Shown: piece after piece, positions 22,652-36,881 of the stretch
How the letters are laid out: each line of letters opens with the position of its first letter
Numbering within the stretch: the stretch's first letter is position 1
From: Macrostomum lignano
Lineage: Eukaryota
Length of the DNA stretch: 64,000 nucleotides
Reading direction: 5' to 3'
Assembly: GCA_002269645.1 (NCBI GenBank)
Contig: NIVC01003785.1
Location: forward strand, 1-64,000
Notes under the pieces: model-generated
Database searches by the model: none
What the model was told of the DNA's origin: nothing
What the model saw: only the letters and a program-made list of their open reading frames with translations
Position numbers and translations under genes: made by a program

Positions 22652-25207
22652 TTTCACCGGCATTATTCATATCCTCGTCAGTTTCGAAGAGGCCCAACTG
22701 ATCCTGCTGGTCTGGCAGAGCTTCGGGCACGTCGGCAGCGACTTCGGGGCCGCAGAACAGAGTTGGACTCTGGCACATAGAGTGAGTCACCTGCAGTGCA
22801 CATTAGTAAGCTCAAGGTGAGTCAGTTGGTGAAGTGTCTGGTTGGTGGAGTGTCAGGTTGGTGAAGTGTCTGGTTGGTGGAATGTCAGGTTGGTGAAGTG
22901 TCTGGTTGGTGAAGTGTCTGGTTGGTAAAGTGTCTGGTTGATAAAGTGTCAGGTTGGTGAAGTGTCAGGTTGGTGAAGTGTCTGGTTGGTAAAGTGTCAG
23001 GTTGGTGAAGTGTCTGGTTGGTGAAGTGTCTGGTTGGTGAAGTGTCTGGTTGGTGAAGTGTCTGGTTGGTGAAGTGTCTGGTTCGTGAAGTGTCTGGTTG
23101 GTGAAGTGTCTGGTTGGTGAAGTGTCAGGTTGGTGAAGTGTCAGGTTGGTGAAGTGTCAGGTTGGTGAAGTGTCAGGTTGGTGAATTGTCAGGTTGGTGA
23201 AGTGTCAGGTTGGTGAAGACACCAGCTGTTAGAACAGTTCATCATATAAAACTCCTATATAGCACTCAACTGACCTGAATTTCCGGAATGGCGGCGCCCC
23301 CAGCGGAAGAGTTCAGCTGCTCAGCGTACGAGGCGGAGCAGCTGACGGAAGTTTGACCACCAAACTGGCCGCCGTAGCCGCCAAGGCTCAGACGGATCAT
23401 GTCGTCTTGGAGCAGCGGCTGCTGATACTGCTGGAACTGCATCGCCAACTGCTGCTGCTGGAGATTCAATGGCATCATGATCTGCTGGGCTGGCTGCGGG
23501 TGCTGCTGATGCTGCCAGTCGGTGCTCTGCTGCTCCGCCGTTGGTGAGCACCGCTGAAGCCGCTCAGCAATGTTCGTGTCCGACGAGGCGCGCCTCGGCT
23601 GCGGAAAAATCGGCAGCCTCTGCGAATCGTCGTCCAGAAGCAGCTGGGACGACTCTGGCTGATTCTGCGACTGCTGATGCTGGAGCGCGTGGCGGTGGTG
23701 CTGGGCTCGGTAGTGCAGCGGCTGCAAGCTCTGCTGATCGTTCACGGCAGTCAGAGAGCCGGGGAAGAAGCGGTCCCTAGTCGGTGAGTAGGGATGCGAC
23801 CGCTGCACACGGGACATCACCATGTCGCGTACGCGCCGCTTCGGCGTACACTGAGTCGAAGAAGTGTACATCGGGCCGCCGGCGCCGGTGCCACTAGGGT
23901 AGCCAGTGGAGCCTGCGGCGCCGGCGCTAGCATACTGAGAGGCTGAAACCAGCGGGCAGGAGGGACAGCCGGTGAGGGTGGCAGGCGGTGTGCAGCTCAC
24001 ATTGCAGTTGGAGCCGCCGTAGTGGCCGCTAGCTGGAAAATGGCTGCCAGCGATGGCAGCGGCGGCAGCAGCAGCAGCTGCAGCATTGGTGGAGTACCAG
24101 CCACCTGCAGCGATGGGCACAGGCGAGCTTGTGCTGTTGACCTCGGCTGCACCAGTGGCAGCGGCACCAGCAGAGGCAACAACAGTGTTGCTATTATTAG
24201 CAGCAGCTCCATCTGTTGGGGCCGCTGCACTTCCAACTGAAGCATTGTTGGCCACATTTGGTGTAGAGACTGTGCGACGAGAGCTTGGGTTGAGCTGTGC
24301 CAACATTGGAGAGGTTTGGGAAGGGCGAGTAATTTAGCTAAACAAATCAGCATCAATTATTTATATATTTACTCATTACAACAATAATTCTAACAATTCT
24401 AACTTTTTCATTAGCTACTTTTAAGCACTTGTACATTTTTGAAACTATATTGACTTTAAAATAGCCTAAATCTTATTTTAACTTATCTAAATATGATTGA
24501 AAATGTTAAAAATTATAATAAAAAAATATGCAAAAATAATTAACTAGAAATATACAATGCTTGGTTAGAATTTAAAAATATTTATTTACTAATAAGTTTG
24601 TTAGTTATAATTATATAATTTCAATTTATATAGCCATTTTGTTTATTGAAAACAAACTTTATATAGCATTAGATTATTGGGAATTATATAATTCTTAACC
24701 AATATTTTTGTAATAGCTTGGAGCCACTACTTTATCATACTAGATAAATTAATGAAAAATTCAATTTTTAATTTATTTATCATAGTGGGTAGCTAACTAT
24801 TGTGGAGAATAAAAGAAATCTATTAAGCTATATAATAAAATTTATAATTATGATATTTAAGTCTACTAGGCTAGCAAATAGCAATCCATAAATTTATCTT
24901 AATTTAACTTAAACATAGAAATATGCCAATACTATACCATAGGCCTATCACATGAAATATCCAAAACAGATTAATTTAACATGTCTACCAGCCAATAATA
25001 ATAATGCTATATAACCAAAGGCTCAATGAAGTAAATAAAAAATTCAAATACAAGAAAAAGACTCACATGTCCTTTAAGAACATTTAGCTCGCAAAGTAGT
25101 CTATCAAACTTTTCATTTGACTCGGACTCATTTGCTTTTAATAAAGCAATTTTTTCATCAAATTTTCTGGGACTACAATTTGAGCTATAATGCGCTTTGG
25201 AAGTCAT
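22652..25207 (-). CDS. CRTC: CREB-regulated transcription coactivator (CRTC/TORC)-like; exons 25207-25067, 24294-23275, 22790-~22652; 3' end not resolved
   Basis: Exon 1 SPRKFDEKIALLKANESESNEKFDRLLCEL resembles the TORC_N motif NPRKFSEKIAL...AFEEVM; VSTPNVAN resembles GSLPNVNQ; PRRASSDTNI resembles the SIK/14-3-3 site R-x-x-SDSAL; Q-rich stretch. Phase-0 junctions CAT|GTGAGT...CACAG|CTC and CAG|GTCAGT...TGCAG|GTG. Confidence 0.75.
22825..23217. repeat. 16-bp minisatellite GGTTGGTGAAGTGTC(T/A) filling a CRTC intron
   Basis: About 24 copies inside intron 22791-23274. Confidence 0.97.
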
Positions 25208-26844
25208 GTTCTTGAATGAAAAGTTCCTTGCCTTGCAAAAGCAGTCTTTTAAACTAAAAAACGATGGGGTTGCTCTTAGAAAATGAAACAGAATTTTTAT
25301 TTATCGGTTTGTCCTTAAACTTTAAAATATTGGTGCTTCGCCAAATGCCAAGATGTAGAAAATGCAACTCGTGCACTATATGAGAAAGTAAAAAATTCAG
25401 TTCATAGCTCAAATAATGACGTAATTGGTTTCAAAACGATCTTAAAGTTGGATTTATCCCGCCAGTAAATGGTCTGTAAATCAATGCGTTCGTAGAAAAT
25501 TGGACGTTCAAAAAATCTAAAAATATTAACAAGTAGGAAAAAAATTCTTAAAGATTGAGAAAAAGTTATGTTTAGATATTTTTTTCTGAATTAAATAAAA
25601 ACTATTTGGCTACCTAGCCAGTGAATACTGGTCCTGCTTGTGTCCGAGAAGCAGCTGAGACGAATTCAAGCTTCTATTGCTTACTGCTGTTGGATCACGA
25701 GATCAGTGATGGTGCTGCTGCTGCTGCTGATTTGTGCTGATGAGCGCGATGTTGTGTGTGATCCAGTGGAGGAGCTAAGCACAGTGACGTAAGATTCAAG
25801 AACCCTAAAGTTGCGCTAAAGCAGCAGTACGTATATTGTACACATTTCTAGGAAATTAAACGAATTCGTTGAAATTTTCTTTTTTGGAAAATTTACACAA
25901 TGACGCAGCAGTCAAAAGCAGCAGCACAAAAATTTCAACACTAACAACAACAAAAAAGCAAAAAATTAAAGCTCTCTGTTTCGATCTTGCTTATAACAAT
26001 TAGAGCAGCCCGCTCGGCTTAGCACGCAATAAAGCGGCACCGACCGCATTCGGAGCACCGGCAGTCAAAAAAACACGAGTGCGCACCTTTCCTTGCCGGT
26101 AGGGTGCCTGTAATGTCAGCAGCAGTACCTCTTTCTCACCACCTGTACGCGCGGATATGATGTGACTTGCGAGCTGGAATTGCTCGAAGGAGCAACAGTT
26201 CGCTTGGACAGACCAGACCGCGCGGTTTGGTGCGGTGATACAGCTACATGTAGCTTGTACCATTCCTACAAGCCAATTAAATGCGGAAAAAACAAAAACT
26301 TGCTTCTGCTCAGGCCAGGCATGAGTTTGGTTTTGCAGCCTCGGAGTGAAGGAAAGCTGGTAAACAAAAGCCAGCCACCAAGTGCAAAAGCCTTATAAGA
26401 ATACATAGCTTATAGTCTAGACTATACTTGTACTCCATATATAGGCTACTATAGCTAGTCTACGAAAGTGCAGCTATGCAACTGTTTGCATCTATTCAAA
26501 CAGTGTATGCATGAATTCGAAGAGTTGCATCATTGTGGACTGCAGTGGTGCATGGCTATACAACAGCACAGCTACAGCTAAGCTACCCCTCCGTGCGAGT
26601 ATTGTGTGCACGTCCAGTAAATTGTTTCCCGCAGCGTATAAAGCAAATAAAGGCTTCTCAACGCACCTGAAGGACGGCTTGCTATCAATAATAAAGCTTA
26701 GTATCTATGCAACCCCCGCTCCGCCTCGGCTTATTCAATTACATGTAAATAAGAGTCTGGCACCGTCTTCATCTCCGAGCTTGACCTAATTCTTAGCAAA
26801 CAGACAATTTTTTCTGCAAGCAATTATACACCTTTTGCAAGACA

Positions 26845-28800
26845 AGTAAGTGCGTGTTGTCTGCTGCGCATCTAGCTTAATTTCATATAACATTATAGTT
26901 TAACATGCTTAGTAACTAATCTATATATTATATTTATATGATTTATGTATAACATTTTAATTCTCCAAAATTATTGCTATAGAGATGACCGATTAACTAC
27001 TACTTTGAAAATCGTCAGAGTAACTATAGTTCAAAATCACGGTAAGTTTAATCAGCCATTTCCATTTTAGTGACACGACGCCCCTTGACTGCTGTCGGCA
27101 TCGCAGCAGCGCTGGTTCTGTTGCTGCCGAACATCTGCGATTCTGCAATGGCTCCAAAGTCGGAGAGTCACTTTCCGGTGCCCTCATACGAGTCGCCGCA
27201 ATGGTGGGTGAACCGCGGTCGAGCAGACCTGCTGGCTGCGAAAGCGGCAGCTTCAAACCTGCAGCGTGGCCGGGCCAAGAACCTCGTGTTCTTCCTGGGC
27301 GACGGCCTGAGCCTGACCAGCACAATGGCGGGCCGAGTCTACAAGGGCCAGTTGCAGAACCGATCCGGTGAGGAGGCTCAGCTATCGTACGAGACATTCC
27401 CACAGATTGCTCTGGCCAAGACATACGACTGCGACTTCCAGACATCGGACTCGGGGGCCACGGCGACAGCTATTGGCAGCGGAGTGAAGACGAACGATGG
27501 AAACATCGGAGTGAATCAGGACGTCATCAGGGGCAACTGCACGACGTACGATCCCAGCAAGAATTTGTATTCATTTATGCACTACGCCCAACTGGCTGGA
27601 AAGTCCGTGGGTCTCGTCACCACAACGCGGATCACGCACGCCACTCCAGCAGCGATGTACGCGCATTCGCCCAGCCGCAGCTGGGAAAGTGACGCCAACC
27701 TTCCTGCCGGAACGGACAAGACAAAATGCCCGGATATTGCCACCCAGCTGGTGTCGAACGCGGCCGATTGGAATGTCATTTTTGGCGGTGGACGGACCAA
27801 CTTTTTGCCCACTGCTGAAAGTACTATCGATTACTCGAACAAGAACTCCTCAGTCTCTGGCAAACGACAGGACGGCGTGAATCTGATCAACCGCTGGCGA
27901 AATCTGCAGTCCAGCAAAATGCGGCGCTTTGCCTTCGCTGAGTCCAAGTCGCAGTTCGACGCGATCGACCCGGCGAACACTGACTACGTCCTGGGACTGT
28001 TCGCCACGAGCCACCTGCGCTACCAGTTGGACAACGAGATGGACCCGACCTATCAGGAGCCGAGTCTCTCGGAGATGGTGGACAAAGCCATTCGCATTCT
28101 GTCCCGCAATCCCAACGGCTTCGCCCTTTTCGTGGAAGCTGGTCGCATCGATCACGCTCATCATGACAACTACGGCAAGCGAGCCCTGCACGATGTCCTG
28201 GAGCTGGACAGGGCAGTCACTCGAGCAATGGGGCTAACCAACCGCGCAGACACCCTCATGTTGGTGACTGGCGACCACAGCCACGTGTTCACTGTTGGCG
28301 GCTGGGGCCTGCGAGGAAACCCGATCCTAGGCCGGGTTGTGAACTCTGACGAGGACAGGTACAATTCCAAAGGCGAGGCAGTCGCCTACGACGGCATGCC
28401 CTACACTGTGCTGAACTACGCCGACGGTCCTTCCGCTGCTATCGGGACGCCGCGCAAGAACCTCACCGATGCGAACACCACGGCTGTGAACTTCCAGTTC
28501 CCGGCTTTGTACAATTACGACTACGAGTCGCACGGAGCGGAGGACGTCCCGGTCTACGCCGCCGGGCCCAGTGCCTATCTGCTGCACAGCACGCACGAGC
28601 AGAGCTACATTGGGCATGTAGTGATGTACGCCCTGTGCGTCGGTCCCGAGGCCAGCGTCTATTGCGCCGACGAGGAAGCGCCAACGACGACTGGGCCATA
28701 TATGACGGGACAGCCGCTGCCAAGGTCGGCCAGCGGTCTGACGGCTTCGTCTGTGCTGCTGGCCTTGGCTTACGGCTTTCGGATTTGGGTCGAGAGCTGA
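26845..28800 (+). CDS. ALP: Alkaline phosphatase, secreted and probably GPI-anchored; ATG probably split by intron 26846-27070
   Basis: AKNLVFFLGDG, AKTYD, catalytic DSGATATA, GLVTTTRITHATPAAMYAH, FVEAGRIDHAHHDN, LVTGDHSH and HGAEDV are canonical ALP metal and active-site motifs. N-terminal hydrophobic signal and C-terminal hydrophobic tail SVLLALAYGF. Confidence 0.97.
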
Positions 28801-29903
28801 AGACCGCTATTGGGAATATGGGCGGAGATAAGTGAGCATGGGCTGAGTATTAGTCCTGAACAAAATTGAAAGTTTTAAACTACGAATGAAATATGACCAA
28901 CAATAATGCAGATTGCATTGTTAAGAAAATTAGGGGCCAAATTTAGGTATGCTCAGACGTTATTGTTGAATTGTTCTTTACGTTTTGAGGTTTCTTTTAC
29001 GAAGCAGAACTTGAACTTTTTTATTCCGGACACTTCTACGCACTTCTCCATTTTGTCACAATGATAGCCACTTGTTGCTCGTCGAAATTTTTTAGTTTAG
29101 TTTTTGCAAGCTATAAAGTTTTTATTTCATCTACAATATCATGCTGCTCTTCTAAAAATAGTTATTTCGATGTCGTAACTTAAAAGTAAAAAATACTGCG
29201 CTTCGCACCCGAAAACCAAATGCACGATTGCCTCTCGATACTCTGAAACACTAAAATATTGATTGCTGTGAAACACCCTTCTAAAGCGTTTTTTAAGTAC
29301 TCTAAGTAGTTCATCACGACAGATATAATGTTTGCAGGGGAATCTATATAACCAAATCTGAAAAGTTACTATGTATGTATGTACATAATCGATTAAATAC
29401 AAATATCGACAAGTAAAGTTTTTATTCATAATTATTTTTCAAAAATTATCTGATCTCGGTTTTCTAAATAATCAAATTCTATCATTCGATAATTACGAAC
29501 ACGAGTACTTTTTTATCTATAATAACCCAACAACCAAGCGATTAATTAGGTGCCCAGCTGCAGTGACTTTTAGTCGAAGCAATGACCTGCACGTGCGAGA
29601 CGTGGCATCAGTTTATCCAAAATTTACCAAGAAATCATCCATCATAATTCCGGTTCAGGACACTTTTACAAACATCAGCTCGTAGCTCTTATATTTGTGA
29701 GGGGTTATTGAATTCGAAATTCGAATGGGGTCTTAAATTTAAATAGCCTCTCTAAGTGCCGACTTAGCACTGAATAGACACGCTTAGCCACCAGTTGCTT
29801 ACTCTCTTTGCTAAGGAAAATCAAAATGAAATTGTGAGAAAAATATGCTGTACCAGCTATAAGATCGTGTGTTTGGAATGTACATTGAGAACCGGAAACT
29901 GCT

Positions 29904-32900
29904 TCATCGGCGCCAGTAAAACACAGCCGCAGTCGTTGCTAAGGAAGCTGCCGAGAGCAACAGGCCGCCTATCGATTGCCGAGCCGCCTGATTTACTTCC
30001 TCCGCCAGTGGCCTATGGAAGGACGCCATATTGCCATTCGATTCGTCTATCGGCTGATCGCCGGACCCGTCGTCCACCCAATCCTCGATCTTCTCGGCCG
30101 GCCCCGGCCTGTGCCGCCGCTTGCACTCGCCGGCCGTTGTCGGCACCATGTCGCTGTTGACGCACTTCATTCCGGAGTACTGGGCAAAGTAGTTGGGCAG
30201 CATTACGCAGTGGCCCATGCGGCAGCGGCTGCCCGTGGGCCTGTCGCACGGCCAGTTGGATTGCACCGAGACGTCTTGCGGGCAGATCGGCGATTTGCCA
30301 TCGCAGAACTCAGGAAAGTTGCATCTTGAATTAAGGAAAGTGACTGCGGGATAAGATTCTACTCATTCATGAATTTATTATCTCCCTGCAAGCTCCAATG
30401 CACAGCAATCAAGTATTATCTACAAATTTCATATGGGTTTGTAGTCTAATCAAATATTATCCACGATCTGCAAGGACCCTATCCAGCAGGCTCAGACTAT
30501 CAACGCAAACCTGGGATCTTCGGCCAGTCTGCACAGAGTGCCCGCGGCCAGCGGGCTGCACGAAGTCGTGTTGCAGCAGTCGCCAGTTGCGCACGCTGCG
30601 CCTTTGACCAGCTTGCAGACGTCGGCCTGGCAGCAGCGATCCTTTCTGCAGGCGAGCGGCCCGCCGCAGTCGCACTCTTCGCCAGGCTCGACAATCCCAT
30701 TGCCGCAGGTCGGTCCCCAGTCCTTCGAGTACTCAACGGTGAAGATGTAGCCATCTGGAGGTCATTGAGTTGGATCAAGTGGGACTAGCGAGGACTAAAT
30801 ATCGCCTCTGTACACTGACTCTCGCCCTACGACCATCGTTGGATTCCCAGTGCGGCCACATTTCCCTCGTATTTCAGGACTTGTGTACACGAATTGGCCG
30901 GAAGTTTGTCACGCGATTCACAGCCATGAGGGCCAACCCTCAAGGCATAGCGAGTGTACATGTCTGACTATTAGAAAGTCACGTTCACTGTACACCCTGC
31001 GAGAATGTGTGTGTAAGTGCGTGCCTGTGTACAATATTGGCACGCTTGTACATGTATGTGCTCAGGAGTGTACAATATTGGCACGCTTGTACATGTATGT
31101 GCTCAGGAGTGAGTAGATTATCCTTGCATAAGCCGTTGGCATAAGTCACTCACTGGTGCTCGAGAAAGGCTCAGCTGTCGCAGACAAGCAGGCTGCGTCT
31201 AGTGCCAGGCTGTCCAGCGCGTCCGCGACTTTGTTGATGCCGCAGTTGGTCCAGCCAACGTACTTGCTGCCATCGTTGCTGCGTCCTACAGAGTCGTCCA
31301 TCAGGCACTGGGAAAATTTGCACTGGCATTTATCCACGGAGTCGTGATTCCCGCCCAACCTGTGAACCAGCTCGTGTGCCAGGGCGAAGCCCGACAATTT
31401 TATATAATTCGGCCGTTTCGTGTCCAGCTGCGGGGCAGTGATAATTGATTGAGAAGTTTCAATTGAAAAGTGACGTTCTGAGATTGCGAAACTTTCCAGA
31501 ATAATGAATGTGAATTCATATTCAAATGTTAATTAGTTGAAGGACTCCCTCAAAAAGGCCTAACTAAAAGCGCAAATATGACTTGAAATTTCCACCCGAA
31601 AATGTCGAATGATACTTTCGCAACAAGATGAGTCAACTACTTTAGGCTACTAATAGCTGGACACAGCAGCTCAGCTGGTAGCGCGTCCGACTCTCACGTC
31701 TCCAAGAGAGTTCGAAGTTCGAAAAAAAAGACAAATGGAGGTCTCAGACAATAGACTGGCACTCATAGCATTCGCCACAGAGGCGAATAAAAGAGAAAAA
31801 CCACAGGAGCCAGTAAATCAACTCGCAAAGGTGAGCTCCAGAGCAAATGGAATCTCGCCATCAGAAGCGACCGCCCAACACACTGGCAGAAGAGAGAAGA
31901 AAACAATGAGCAGCGCCCTGGACACTGGCGAAAGCCAACCAAGCGAGACGGCGCGGCTGACAGGCAAGACTGGAGGGCTTAGAGGGGGCGAGATGTGACA
32001 GAAAAATGGCGAGCTCTGGATGAGAAGAGAGCTGTCCCAACACAAGAACGGCAGCCTACGCCCGCAGGCTTGACGACCGACGGTTCGATGGACAATTTAA
32101 AGTGTACAAGAGACAGTGAGAGAGAGACAGACGGAAATGCATTCAGCTTTAATAGATTCTTTACTCTCATCAAATGTATCCAGCTCAACCAATGCGATTG
32201 CGCACCTCACAAATTACTCTAGCCTCTGCAACTTAGCAACATGATAATAAACAGACTCGCTGCACAAGTATAGGGCGCTCTGTCCCGATTAAGACGAGTT
32301 GCTCGCTTGGCAATACAGTAGATACAAATAGTAAACTGAGTACGTATCAATATTAAAGTTTCGACACGTTTCGCACTCCAAGGTGCATCTAGAGGTCAGG
32401 TTATTGACGAGAGAGCAGAAAAGATTTGTGTACTGAATAGCACTACTAGTTGCGGCTTTTATTAGAAGCAGGGAGGCTGTATACACAGCGGCGCACTTCA
32501 CCGACATTGTCACACGAGAGGCATTACTGCCCATTCCACCGACCCCCTGAGCAGGCACACACTCACAGGAGTGTACAGCGGCCCTGACTTTATTTATCGT
32601 TAGGCATGTACACTTCACTGCGCCTTGGATGTTGGCCCTCAAGGCGTTAATTGCACGAGCAGACACACGTCGAGATTCCAATTCAGCCTCAAATTAATGT
32701 GACTGCATTTGGAATCGAGCTTGGGACGCTGGCACATCAGAACGCCGCGGCCCACTAAGTACTGCGGATTATAACGGAATTTAAATGGTTGAAGGTGGAA
32801 AAAGACTGATAAAAATTTGACTTGGGTTACCAGAGGCTAATAAAGTGCAGTTTTAATACAATCTACGTGTCAATAGGGCACAAGAATGTGAAGTGAGGCT

Positions 32901-35900
32901 TCAATGATCTGAGTTTGAAATCAGATTGACGTCTTGTCAATGATTGTCTGACACTCGTCGGATTTGACTTCAATTTCAATTTTCCATGGCTTAAAGCTTC
33001 TACATGTATTCCTTGCCGATGAAGATGCACGTGAACAGACATCCCGACGGCGACAGCGGAGAAAAATTGTCAATGGTTTTACGAGAATCGGAACCTCGAG
33101 CCGGAACGGCATCTCTTTTCGGTGTGCTCAGGCTTTGCATTGTTTATAATAATTAATAATATTAATAATAATAATAATTGATCACACCTGCCCTAATAGA
33201 CAGATGTGCAACCGACAGCTCAGCCGCAGCTATTGCGCGGCGCATCTGAAGGCTGCGTACGGCTGTTCAGTCCAAGGACTGGGGGGTCGCCACACACAGC
33301 CTTAATTACCCCAGCTAATGCTGGCACCCATTTTACAGCTGGGTGAACTGAAGCAATGCAGAGTTGAATCTCTTGCTCAATGACACAAATTGTTCCAGTG
33401 GAATCGGGAATCGAACCCCCGACCTTCAAGTCGTGAGTTCTACGCTCTGACCATTAGGCTACAACCGCACTGTCTATAGAGCTGATTAAATCTCTATGCT
33501 ATACCAGCACTCATTTTTCTTCAAATATTCAAGTGATAATAAGTTAACTGAATCGCTTAAGAACAAAGGCTCTTCTCACGGCAGGCTAGATCAGTGTTTA
33601 GAGAATCGAGAGAGTTGAAACACCGGTGCACAGGACATGTACATACTCGTATATTGCATGAGAAGCATCGCCAGCTACTGAGACATCACCTTACAGAAAG
33701 CGACAATCGGGTATTGGATGACAGGTGCCGGCATTTAAATGGCACAAGATAGCTAAGATGGTAGAAAACAGCCCCCTGGTAGCTACACTGTTTAACAGCC
33801 ACACAGCTCACAGTGACGTATCCAAGACAGGTCGGCCGACCGAGCTGATGCTTGCAGACGTTGCCTTCTGAATCTGAAGCCGTGGAGTTGTCGATACTTC
33901 GTGCGCTGCAATGCAAGGGATGTGATGATGCGTTGCTGAGAGGCAGTTAGGAAAAACAGCTGATGCCGAAGCCTAAACAGCTGGTATTAAATAATGCTTA
34001 CGTGAATACAAAGATGCAGTTAACGATTTGCTCAACAATAACCCCATAGTTGTTGTACGTGTAAGTATCTCGAATGAACTTGAGCTCGTTCCGGCTAGGA
34101 ATGTCATAATCTCTAGCCAATAGATTCCAAGGCAAGTGCAGACTGGTCACCATCAAGTAGGTATTTAGTGGTCTGAGAAGCTACAAAATTATTAATATTT
34201 GCTATAGTCATTCAAGGACAAGGCAAACCTCGCAGAGCAGTGATCAAAGCTTACCGTGTTTGCGTAGTTGACCACTTGTTTAGCTATGTTGCTCATTTCA
34301 GCTTGGTTCCGATTCGTGCGTTTCTCCTGTTTGAGAATGTTTTCGGTGATGCGGCTGCTATGAGAAAAAGAGCTGCTACTGTAGAGTTTCATTCATTCAT
34401 AAAACGCTACTGTAAGTAGAGTAACGCAAAAACGCGCAGAAAAACTTAAACTATGAATCACGTTACTATTTATGTTTCGCAAAATTTTCCTATAAATACA
34501 AGCCAAAATTAAAGCGGAAATCTCAGACTCGGAACAGCCTCAGAAGAGACTCATCCAGAACAACCACTGGAAAGGGGCTACATCTCTGAGAGAAACGTAT
34601 ACCGATTGGCAAGACTTTGTTGAAGTCGTTATTTGATTATTGAGTGTTGAGTCATTTTCGGCCGTGACTGATCAGTTGATTTCTGTTGAGTTATTGAATT
34701 AAAGGCCTCCATATTCATATTCCTAAGGGATTGGATAGGATCCACTGGACCGATTCCGATACTCTTGACGATTATCGATTTTTATTGACTTTGGCACCCT
34801 GGAGTACCAGATCGAGGCACACGACTCCCATTCCGTTATTTCTAGAAGAAGACGCCCTTTCTGGAGGACCTCGCGCTATTATTAGGGCGCATCTCTGATT
34901 CTGATTACTGATCTCGAGGAATACATTCCAAGAAACTCCGGAGGAAGACTACATTGAGGAGACGAGCTCTGCCGACCTGCCCGACAAAGAGGAAGAGCCC
35001 GCGACAGTACTTGATCACTAAATTCTGTTCCCAGACTTGCGGTCTGAAAGTATTTCTTGAGCGACTGATCACCACCCCTAAACTCTTCACTACGAGCGTA
35101 GGAAGCGAGAAACTTACAAACTCCCTGTCCAAGTAGAGATGCAGCTTGACAATGTAGGGCCCGAATTTGGTCAGGAATCTGAACTGCTGGCTGAGGCTGA
35201 TGTTCGCCCGAGTGAACTGCAGCCGGCCAGCTTGGTTGATTTTTCTAGAGCGCGGCGTTGCGTATCTGCGAGTCCTGCTGAGCTGCTCCATCGGCGGCGC
35301 AGTGAGGATTGCAGTTCGTGAGTGGTTTTGCGTGAGCAAGTGACTGAATTCGTGACTGGGTGAGACAGATGTGCAACCGATAGCTCAGCCGCAGCTATTG
35401 CGCGGCGCATCGGAAGGCTGCGTACGGCTGTTCAGTCCGAGGACTGACAGGGGGGGGGTCGCCACACACACCCTTAACTACCCCAGCTAATGCTGGCACT
35501 CATTTTACAGCTGAGTGAACTGAAGCAATGCAGAGTTAAGTGTCTTAAGTGTCAAGGATACAAATTGTTCCAGTGGAATCGGGAATCGAACCCCCGACCT
35601 TCAAGTCGTGAGTCCAACGCTCTGACCACTAGGCCACAACTCCTGCTCGAAAGCTCATGAAAGTGTTTTTTAATAAATTGAATAAATTCAGAATACACGA
35701 GTACTCAAGGACGACTCAAGTAGGAGGACGGGAAACCTCGTTTCTTTGAAAATTTTTGAAGGCAGGTTTTCCAAAAAATACACTACGAGATAGGAAATTT
35801 TCATTTTTTCAGCACAAAAATTGTAATTGCTTTTGATAGGAGGCAGATTCAGTGTTCATCTTTTGATATGCTGTGCCTTTCTTATTGCTCTATTGATATT

Positions 35901-36255
35901 CATAAAGCTTTTCGTTCAGAAAGTTAGGAATCTAAGATTCTAGTAATTTGCACGTGTCTTCTGAAAAACCAAAAGGCTTTATGAATATTAAAATGTTCCA
36001 AGAAATGAGGTTTCCCGTCCTCCTACTTGAGTTGTCCTTGCGAGTATTCGGAATGAGAGTTAGTGAGTAAGCTGTATTACTGTACCAGGTACATTGCCTT
36101 ACCTGTTCAGATGCGGATGCTGCCTCTGTACCAGCCGGGTCAGGACTTGCGTCATCATTGTGCTCTACCGACTCACCGAGGCAAACAGACGCCTCTGGAA
36201 GCAGCGCAGCGAAGATGCTCGCGCTGACAAGTAACCAAGTGGCTAGCAAGTGCAT
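29904..36255 (-). CDS. ADAM-like metalloprotease-disintegrin, paralog A (534 aa); exons 36255-36103, 35285-35118, 34326-34255, 34180-34002, 33905-33812, 31427-31154, 30754-30511, 30324-29904
   Basis: Signal peptide MHLLATWLL...; RTRR; AKQVVNYAN; LLRPLN; zinc motif [12 protein letters not shown] with CLM Met-turn; disintegrin [15 protein letters not shown]...CDGKSPICP; hydrophobic C-terminus. Exons sum to 1605 nt with phase-compatible GT-AG junctions. Confidence 0.9.
33145..33466 (-). mobile_element. CORE-type SINE, copy 2 (longest; possible (ATT)n tail)
   Basis: Same head and core as copy 1, plus a 3' extension shared with copy 3, then an AT-rich simple repeat at 33145-33180. Confidence 0.85.
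35366..35640 (-). mobile_element. CORE-type SINE, copy 3
   Basis: Near-identical to the other copies. Confidence 0.85.
35702..36046. mobile_element. MITE-like element, ~345 bp
   Basis: TIR core CAAGGAC(G/A)ACTCAAGTAGGAGGACGGGAAACCTC at 35706-35739 and inverted at 36007-36040; related sequence at ~56180-56430 and ~56765-57040. Confidence 0.7.
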
Positions 36256-36881
36256 TTCTCTATAGCAGCTGTAATCTCATCCAAAGCAAAATCTTGCTCC
36301 CAGCGTAAACTCTTTCCCAGCGCACTGCTGAATACATAGACCAAATTTGTTGAATCGAAAATAATTTGTTTGTCTAAAAATAGCTTGAGTTCTTTCCTCA
36401 GTGTAGCTATCGCTCAGTTTATTTGCTTCGTATAATTTCGAATCGATAGGAAAAATTAAAAGGCTACAGAAAACAAAAGTACAAGTGAACCTAGGCCTTA
36501 AACTAACGGGAATAGCTATTATTACAGTTTATTAAGCTCATGAAGCGTTGGTCCAGCTATGTCCATGGAAGCCTCTTTGTTCGCTTTGCTTTCCAGGAAG
36601 AGACACCTGGTCTGCAATTCGCCAGATTTGTAGTCTACATAAAACCAGACCTTTTCGACACCTCTTCGCGGTTTCTTTGTTTCATCTTAAAGTTGAGTGA
36701 ACTTTTACCAGCTTACCAGCAATAGGGTTCAAGGAAGCAGTTACCCCTAGCGGAACTCGTTAAGAACGAGATATTTGTCTAATTTTGAATAGTACGTGTA
36801 GAGTGAGAAAATCACTGCAGAGCTCTTTGCAAATATCGTCACTGGGAAAGTCACAAGAGTTCCTTAAGCTAATCTCTGGCA

